DNA of 64,000 bases. Source: Polyangiaceae bacterium (GTDB lineage Bacteria; Myxococcota_A; Polyangia; Polyangiales; Polyangiaceae). Below the pieces are notes generated by a model. It did not search any database. It was not told the DNA's origin and worked only from the letters and a program-made list of their open reading frames with translations. The first letter of the stretch is position 1. The number at the start of each line of letters is the position of its first letter. Made by a program: the position numbers and the translations under genes. Location: NCBI GenBank assembly GCA_033763455.1, contig JANRKO010000011.1, positions 77,081-141,080 on the forward strand, written 5' to 3'. Shown here in pieces: positions 57,985 through 64,000 of the stretch.

Positions 57985-58599
57985 ATGACGACACTCGCCG
58001 ACAATCCCAACGCCGACGCTCAAAACCACCTCCCGACCGAAGGTGACACCGCCTTGCCATCGGAGACCGAGCCTGTCGAGTTGACAGCCATGCCCATTCC
58101 GGCGCGCGGCTCGGGCCTAGTGACGCGAAGACAGGCTGCCGAGATGCTCGGCGTCAGTGTGAGCACGCTGCGGAGAAGGGAAAACGAATTCAAGCCCGTG
58201 ATTGTCGGCGGCGTTCACATGTTTGAGGAGAGCATCGTACGCAGAGAAACCACGACAATCCGGCGGCGCGCGGCGTTAGACTCCCTCGGGCCAAGCGCCG
58301 GGGAGACCGCGGCGGCCGTTTTTAGGCTTCTGGAGGAGCACGTGTCACTTCAGCAGATCGTGATCCAGCTGCGGATCCTACCGTCGGTGGTTAGGGCTCT
58401 TGAGGCCGAGTGGCGCGAGATGGCAGCTTGTGGTTGCGAAAAGTGCGGGACAGCCAAACGATTCGTGTGTTTGATGTGCCTAAAGGCAGAGATGGACGAA
58501 CCGTGCCACCATTGCCCGCCCAGGAAATGCGAAAAGTGCGAGACTGTTCTGGGGAAGAACAGGTATCTGTGTCCAAGCTGCGGAACTTGGTCGCGATGA
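57985..58599 (+). CDS. Xis/MerR-like HTH protein with C-terminal Cys-rich zinc ribbons
   Basis: LVTRRQAAEMLGVSVSTLRR; five CxxC pairs. Confidence 0.72.
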   Translation: MTTLADNPNADAQNHLPTEGDTALPSETEPVELTAMPIPARGSGLVTRRQAAEMLGVSVSTLRRRENEFKPVIVGGVHMFEESIVRRETTTIRRRAALDSLGPSAGETAAAVFRLLEEHVSLQQIVIQLRILPSVVRALEAEWREMAACGCEKCGTAKRFVCLMCLKAEMDEPCHHCPPRKCEKCETVLGKNRYLCPSCGTWSR

Positions 58600-58832
58600 G
58601 GACGCCGAACTACTCCGACAGGGCAGGCTCGCGGAGCTGATGCTATAGCATCCTGTACCCGACGCCGTTGTGTGGCTGAGCGAACAAGGGCGTCCAACGG
58701 CATCACAAAACGGGGGAAGCTGGACGCCACCACCGCCGTAGGCATTTCGATGAGGGTTGCCCCTCGGCATTTCCGAACCTCGGCACGCCGGGGGCTAAGG
58801 CAACCAATGGCCAACAAACAAAGGAGCTATAT

Positions 58833-59012
58833 ATGAGCAAAGGCAGCGGTGGTGGTAGGGGGGGCAGTGGTGGCGGCAAAGGCGGCGGGTCTACGGGGAG
58901 CAAGGGCGGAGGCGGAGCCGCTAGCGGTGGAGGGCGCGGCGCGCCGCCGAATGCCCCAAGCACAACCGGGAAAGAGTCTGGCGGCGGCAGAGGGAACAAT
59001 CCTCCGAAGTAG
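58833..59012 (+). CDS. 59-aa Gly-rich small protein
   Basis: AAGGAG RBS; MSKGSGGG...PPNAPSTTGKESGGGRGNNPPK*; below the ORF-track length cutoff. Confidence 0.75.
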   Translation: MSKGSGGGRGGSGGGKGGGSTGSKGGGGAASGGGRGAPPNAPSTTGKESGGGRGNNPPK

Positions 59013-59513
59013 TCCAGCAGCTGCGGAAATTGGTCGCGCTGGGCATGCCAGCGTGCGGTGATAGATCCCAGGGGTTCCAACGGCCGACCTCGTTGGAACC
59101 CTTGGAACGGCAAAGCGCATTGATGTCACAGGGTTTCCTTGTACGCACTGGGCAAACGCAGAGAAGGGCGAAGTGCATCGGGGGCAAGACAAACCGGCGC
59201 CTGCACGGCCGCTCCAGACGGAGCTCGCGGCCCGCTACTACCTGCTAACGAACAACGAAGACTGAACTCCATTTGCCCAAGCGCTGGAGCTGGAGGTCCT
59301 CGCGGCAGGGGCCGTGGTATGAGGCCATGGTCAGCCATCAGGCGCTGTTAGCGTGGCCCGAGCCCCATGCGTTCGCGCTGGTGCTCAGCGAGCCTCTGGC
59401 CACCGTGCCAAGCTCGCAAAGCGTCCATCCCGCGAGCCCATGGAATGCGGGGAATTAGGATGCGCTCGCCGAGGTACAGAGCCCCGCCGGAGCGGGGCCC
59501 ATGCACAACGCCC

Positions 59514-59708
59514 TTACTTGCCGTTTGCCTTCATCGTTCGCAGGTAGCGTTCAACGTTTGTGCGTTGTGGTCCTTCTTGCTGAATGATCTTCTTCACCAG
59601 TGGCGCAGGGAGCCCAACCTTCTTGGCAAGGTAGTTGACCTCGTACGCCTCGTTTGCAGAGATGCGACTGCGATCAGGTTTGCCCACTAGCTTCTTGTTG
59701 TCTGACAT
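59514..59708 (-). CDS. DUF3606 domain small protein
   Basis: MSDNKKLVGKPDRSRISANEAYEVNYLAKK; AAGGA RBS. Confidence 0.8.
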   Translation of the reverse strand: MSDNKKLVGKPDRSRISANEAYEVNYLAKKVGLPAPLVKKIIQQEGPQRTNVERYLRTMKANGK

Positions 59709-60187
59709 GAATTTCCTTGTCGAAGACTGGTTCCCGGGCTCGAGATTGAGCGTTGGTAATGTGCGTCCGACGATCATCTATGTAACTCCATGGCGAGCAG
59801 GGTCAAGTAAAGGCCCAGCGACGGGAGCACTTTCCTCGTGTGCGTAAATCTGAAAATGAGATGGAAGACCAGGCAAGGGTTCGTTGGTGGCCCTTTGGCG
59901 CGGGTCGTCAGCTCTACCCTGATTTGCTGTTAAGACGCCGTTGTTCTACAAAACTCAGAACCCGAGAGTCCGACTGCGAATGGTGGTGCGTGCTGAAACC
60001 CGGAAGATCTGGGTTCATCGAGTCGGGATCTTCGGCGATTTGAGCAGGAGGTTCAGAACGAGAGAAAACGGGATCCGATCGGTAAATCGGGCATCCCAAG
60101 GCGATAACCGCGCGGTTGAGGGCTCGCAAGGGCCCCGTGCCTCCCCACGCAGTAACTGAATGCGCGAGCTCGGATCACCGCCACCGG

Positions 60188-61264
60188 TCACACTCCAGGA
60201 AAGGTTGTCGGCGGACAGCGTCGCTTGATCCACCTTTGCTTTGCCTCATCCCATTCTCGTTGTCGCCGAAACCCTCGAATGGGCGTCGACGTCCATGGGG
60301 TCCGAAACTCGACACGAGCGCCAAGCGTTTCGCTACGCTGCCGGAGGTGATTTCTCAGACTGCGCTCGAGCCTGCGCTCGGTTTCGCTTGATCTGGGTCC
60401 GCTGATTCGCTGCGACTCCCAATCGGAGCCCTTGAGCCACGACTGTACTGAAGCGCCGTGCCGGATGCGTTCCCACATGAGGAACTCATCTCGCCGATGG
60501 TTCCCGTCGAGTTTGTAGAAGTCGACGACGCGCCGTTTCGCGATTCTTTCGTAGGAGTCCCTTTCGTCTTCCTCGTCGTCGGCCTGCTGCTTGCAGGGCC
60601 CGCAGAGGCCGCTTGTTCCACATCCCATGCGTCGCGCATGGAGCGCGGCAGGCGCCCGCCATATCGTCGGCTCATTGACGAGAGCCACGCGCGCCTGCAC
60701 CTCGAGCCATGGGACGTTCAGGCGATCAAGTTCTCTAGCCTTCTCTTCGTCAACGGCATGGGTCACGAAAATCTCAATCGCGCCGACAGTTTTCTCGCCT
60801 GACAAGACACTGATGTCGGGGCGCATCGACCCGAGTCCACGCTCGACCGCTATCTCGGTCCAACCGTCGATCCAAACGTGGGTCTCGACACGGTCGCACC
60901 ATTCGCATTCTGTCGCGACGCGCAATTGCGTCGCGCACGACAACTCGCGTGCGATATGAAACTTGGTATTCAGGTGCAAGATCGACTCACCCCCTGACGC
61001 GACGCACTCTGCCCCGGGGTCGTGCGCCAGGTGGTGAACGAGCTCATCCCCGAGCTTGAATGTGACCGCATTGCCACAAACAGGACACGATGCATTCGGC
61101 CGTCGGTTTGGCGGCAGGTGAGCAAAATCCCCGACGCTACAAATGGTTCCGTCGACCAACGCCCAGGCGAGCTGCGGCCCGCCGTCGCTGCGGCGCTTTC
61201 GGGAGCAGCGTGGGGGCGCCGGAGTCATGGAACAAGCCTCAGACGTCATAGCGCGGTCCGCCAT
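60188..61264 (-). CDS. CoiA-like zinc-finger/PD-(D/E)XK nuclease
   Basis: CPVC...HHLAH..C..GES.LH; RPDI...AIEIFVTH. Confidence 0.72.
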   Translation of the reverse strand: MADRAMTSEACSMTPAPPRCSRKRRSDGGPQLAWALVDGTICSVGDFAHLPPNRRPNASCPVCGNAVTFKLGDELVHHLAHDPGAECVASGGESILHLNTKFHIARELSCATQLRVATECEWCDRVETHVWIDGWTEIAVERGLGSMRPDISVLSGEKTVGAIEIFVTHAVDEEKARELDRLNVPWLEVQARVALVNEPTIWRAPAALHARRMGCGTSGLCGPCKQQADDEEDERDSYERIAKRRVVDFYKLDGNHRRDEFLMWERIRHGASVQSWLKGSDWESQRISGPRSSETERRLERSLRNHLRQRSETLGARVEFRTPWTSTPIRGFRRQREWDEAKQRWIKRRCPPTTFPGV

Positions 61265-61534
61265 TCAAGAATGCGCAGGCAGGCGACAAAGCGGCACCCC
61301 GCGACCGGGTACCGTGCGACCGCGGGGAGTTGAACTCGGGTTTTGCTGGTGCACGCCCACCGCGTTAGATTCCATTGTGGTTTCAAGGCGTTGCGTCGTG
61401 GTGCCACAGCGACCCACGCTCCAAGAGCCACCGCGTGCGAACCAGAACCGGTACCTTCCTGCGGCGGTGTGCCTTCGGCAAGCGTGCGTGCAACAGCCGT
61501 GGAAACGTGCAGGGGGCCTAGAGCTTCAGTTTGG

Positions 61535-63154
61535 CTATCGAGCTGAAGCGGCCGTTTGCTTGTAGTTCCAGGGCAGCCATTGGGATGGGTTGAGGCGGAC
61601 GGCGGCTGCGTTGCGCTGGATGACGGTTAGGTATTCCCACGGATTTTCGCCGTTAAGCTCTGCAGTGTGAATGATCGACGTGTAGAGGTCGCCCACGTCT
61701 GCGCCGTGTTGAGTGCGAAAGAAGAGGGAACCACGCCGATGCAAGATCGAGCGTTTCAAGGCGCGTTCGGCGAGGTTGTTGTGGATGGGCACGCCTGGTT
61801 TTCGAGTGAAGAGGGTGAACTTCTTCCAGCGTTTGAGCATGTAGTTGAAGGCCTTGCCTAATCCTGAATTTGGCTCAACGCTTTTGGAACTCAATCGTGC
61901 CTTCATCCACTTGCACAAGGCTTGCATCACAGGCGCACTCTCGGCTTTGTGGCGTCTGAGTCGCTCGGCTTTCGTCAGCCCTTCGCACTCCTTGTCGATC
62001 ACAAAAACTTTGCGCAGCTCGGTCAGGACGTGGGTGCAATCTTCTGGGTGGTTGTCAAACTCATCGACAAAGTTACGGCGCCCGTGAGACAGGCAATTGG
62101 CCTCGTAAACCTGATGGGTCTTGGGCAGGTTTCGTGACAGCGCATCGCTCATCAACACGGGTGCTTGTAGGTCAGAAGCTCTTTGCACCAACAGGTTGGC
62201 CAGATTCTCGCCAGCGTGCTTGCGACCTGTGTAGAAGAGGCAAATGTGGCCCTCCGATACCTTGGTTAACACCGCCGTAGTGAAGAGGCCTGTGCGTTCC
62301 GGATCTTCAAGTTCCCCGCGCTTGAGGAGGTTGGCCCTCGTTTTTCCCATGTATTGGAGGATGCGGGCGTAGGTGTCATCGTTGTGAATGACCGTGCCCT
62401 GCGCGGCTTTTGCCTTAAGCGTTTGCAGGATGGGCCAGAACGCTTGGGCTGCGTCGTCGATGAGCTCCCACTGGGTTGAGGCAGGAACAGGCGTCTGTTG
62501 GTCCTGCTGCATGCGTGCGAGCCGATGGTGTGGCATGCCGGCACCAAAACGCAGATAAGCGATCGTACTCTTCGCGCTCTCATCGAATTTGGGGCCCTGT
62601 GCTTCGGCGGGCGCTGGTGCCGTGTACACGTGGCCGCAGCTTGCGCAGCGCAGCTTCTCCAGTTCCCAGCACTTCGCGATCAGGTTGGGCTGACCAAAGA
62701 CACGCAGGACAGAGGAGGAATCGAGCCCGTAAAGCTTACCCGGACAGCAGGGGCACCGCACACCCACGGCGAGCGAGGGATGCGGCGTCGGCATGCGCAC
62801 GGCGTTTTCGTACTGCTCCGCCGCGATACGACCATGACCTTTCTGCTTCTTCTTGGATGGCTCCGCCGCGGAGGCTTCTTGCGTGGGCGAGGCTTCTGCA
62901 AACGCTGGCTCGGTTGCGCTAGAAGCCGCTTCCTCATCCCGGCGGCCCTCTAGCAAGCCCTGTGTTTTCTCGCTCGATTGGATGCCGAGGAATCGACGCA
63001 GCCGAGCCACGCTCGCCTGTTTCGCACGCAGTAGCTTCGTCACAAGCAACAAGGTGACAAGCACCTTATTGAGAAGGTCAAAGTCTTCCTTGTCGATCTT
63101 CGACGAGATGCGATCCAACGCCTCCTGCACCTGCTTGGCGTCGATGTCGACCAC
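61535..63154 (-). CDS. tnpC: IS66 transposase
   Basis: SSEK, zinc finger, HNDDT, MSDA, CLSHGRRNF, NNLAERALK, WLPWN. Confidence 0.93.
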   Translation of the reverse strand: MVDIDAKQVQEALDRISSKIDKEDFDLLNKVLVTLLLVTKLLRAKQASVARLRRFLGIQSSEKTQGLLEGRRDEEAASSATEPAFAEASPTQEASAAEPSKKKQKGHGRIAAEQYENAVRMPTPHPSLAVGVRCPCCPGKLYGLDSSSVLRVFGQPNLIAKCWELEKLRCASCGHVYTAPAPAEAQGPKFDESAKSTIAYLRFGAGMPHHRLARMQQDQQTPVPASTQWELIDDAAQAFWPILQTLKAKAAQGTVIHNDDTYARILQYMGKTRANLLKRGELEDPERTGLFTTAVLTKVSEGHICLFYTGRKHAGENLANLLVQRASDLQAPVLMSDALSRNLPKTHQVYEANCLSHGRRNFVDEFDNHPEDCTHVLTELRKVFVIDKECEGLTKAERLRRHKAESAPVMQALCKWMKARLSSKSVEPNSGLGKAFNYMLKRWKKFTLFTRKPGVPIHNNLAERALKRSILHRRGSLFFRTQHGADVGDLYTSIIHTAELNGENPWEYLTVIQRNAAAVRLNPSQWLPWNYKQTAASAR

Positions 63155-63250
63155 CTCAGGTGTGGGTGATTTTACACGATTTGTCGGCTTGTGTGAGATC
63201 TCGCCATTTCGATCTCTTCGCTAAATTTGTCAATAAAAAAGTGACCACCT

Positions 63251-63613
63251 CTAACCCGCATTTTGCAGCGGTCTCCAGTTACTGGCTGCACGCGTCGAGT
63301 CCGGATCACCGGCCATCAGCAGCACTGACAGTTGGTGCGCCAACAGCTGACGCTTGCAAGCACCAGTGCCTTTAGGCCAATACATGAAACGCCCTTCCGA
63401 AAGGCGCTTCTGGCAGAGCCAAAATCCTTGGCCGTCGTACACGAGCAGCTTCACCGATGTTCCACGCCGGCCACGGAATACGAACACCGTTCCGTCAAAA
63501 GGATCCTCGCGCAGACTTTCACGACAAATGCGACACAAGCCATCAATGCCAGCCCGAAAGTCAACGGGCTCCAGGTGCACCAGCACCTTCATTTGCGGTG
63601 TTATCTGGAGCAT
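63251..63613 (-). CDS. tnpB: IS66 accessory protein
   Basis: PVDFRAGIDGL, VFVFRGR, KLLVYDGQGFWLCQKRLSEGRF. Confidence 0.93.
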   Translation of the reverse strand: MLQITPQMKVLVHLEPVDFRAGIDGLCRICRESLREDPFDGTVFVFRGRRGTSVKLLVYDGQGFWLCQKRLSEGRFMYWPKGTGACKRQLLAHQLSVLLMAGDPDSTRAASNWRPLQNAG

Positions 63614-64000
63614 TCGCGCCTTTCTAGAAAAGCGCAAACAAGTGCGGCCATGTCCACCGTGTTGCCGTTTTCGATCCGGATCGAGTCACCGCGGCCACTA
63701 CGAACCTCCACCACCATGCTGCTCTCCGTGCGCGCGAAACTTAGCGGTACCTCGACAAACGGAGACTTCGCCAACCCACTACTCCGAGTGGAGGCAATCC
63801 TCTTCTCAGGCGTTGCTCGCCGATCTCGGGACGTCGACTTGCTCCGCATCCGAGCTCTTATTCGCCCGTGATTCAAGCCCGCAGCGCGAGCCACCGTGCC
63901 AATTCCGTGCGCCATCGCAAGTCGGCTCGCCTCCCGCCACAAGAAGTCGGGCACCTTTCGATCTCCGCCTCTGCGTTCCTGCCGCCACCTATCAACCTGC
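63601..64000 (-). CDS. tnpA: IS66 accessory protein (5'-partial)
   Basis: Frame open to the window edge: QVDRWRQER..KVPDFLWREA...SPFVEV. Confidence 0.75.
   Translation of the reverse strand, partial: QVDRWRQERRGGDRKVPDFLWREASRLAMAHGIGTVARAAGLNHGRIRARMRSKSTSRDRRATPEKRIASTRSSGLAKSPFVEVPLSFARTESSMVVEVRSGRGDSIRIENGNTVDMAALVCAFLERRECSR

Larger units (their letters stand above)
57789..64000. mobile_element. tRNA-Leu-integrated genomic island (continues beyond window)
   Basis: att fragment, adjacent 11-bp tandem repeat, Xis-like HTH gene, accessory cargo, IS66. Confidence 0.72.
61451..64000 (-). mobile_element. IS66-family insertion sequence (tnpA end outside window)
   Basis: tnpA-tnpB-tnpC order; left boundary tentative (GTACCTTCC at 61451). 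Confidence 0.85.

Noticed and set aside
1..64000. Retron, DGR, group II intron or prophage structural module
   Set aside because: No reverse transcriptase (YxDD context), capsid, terminase or integrase recognisable in the window

Overview
GC-rich bacterial chromosomal window. Gene content (MXAN_6577-like Cys-repeat protein, DUF1552/DUF1592 pair, MYXO-CTERM-like tail, PP2C-cNMP fusion) suggests a myxobacterium, probably Polyangiaceae/Sorangiineae-like; this is an inference. Bases 1-57.7 kb hold housekeeping genes (murA, short hisG, xseB, miaE, rsmE, slyD, an RlmD-like methyltransferase, an RpoD-like sigma) mixed with TA-like pairs, regulators, secreted proteins and gene remnants. At 57,734-57,788 a 3' half of tRNA-Leu(TAG) marks an att site. 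An integrated element runs from there off the right edge and carries an Xis-like HTH gene, a 59-aa Gly-rich protein missed by the ORF track, DUF3606, a CoiA-like nuclease and an IS66. The two most notable non-coding signals: (1) a ~100-nt sigma54-driven sRNA with two C-rich-loop hairpins (Pxr-like architecture) at 33,871-33,970, and (2) sigma54 boxes plus a shared upstream motif in front of radC, an Rpn-like gene and the comEA operon, suggesting a competence/DNA-uptake regulon. I saw no CRISPR array, rRNA or reverse transcriptase. All family calls are from motif recognition by eye, not database searches.
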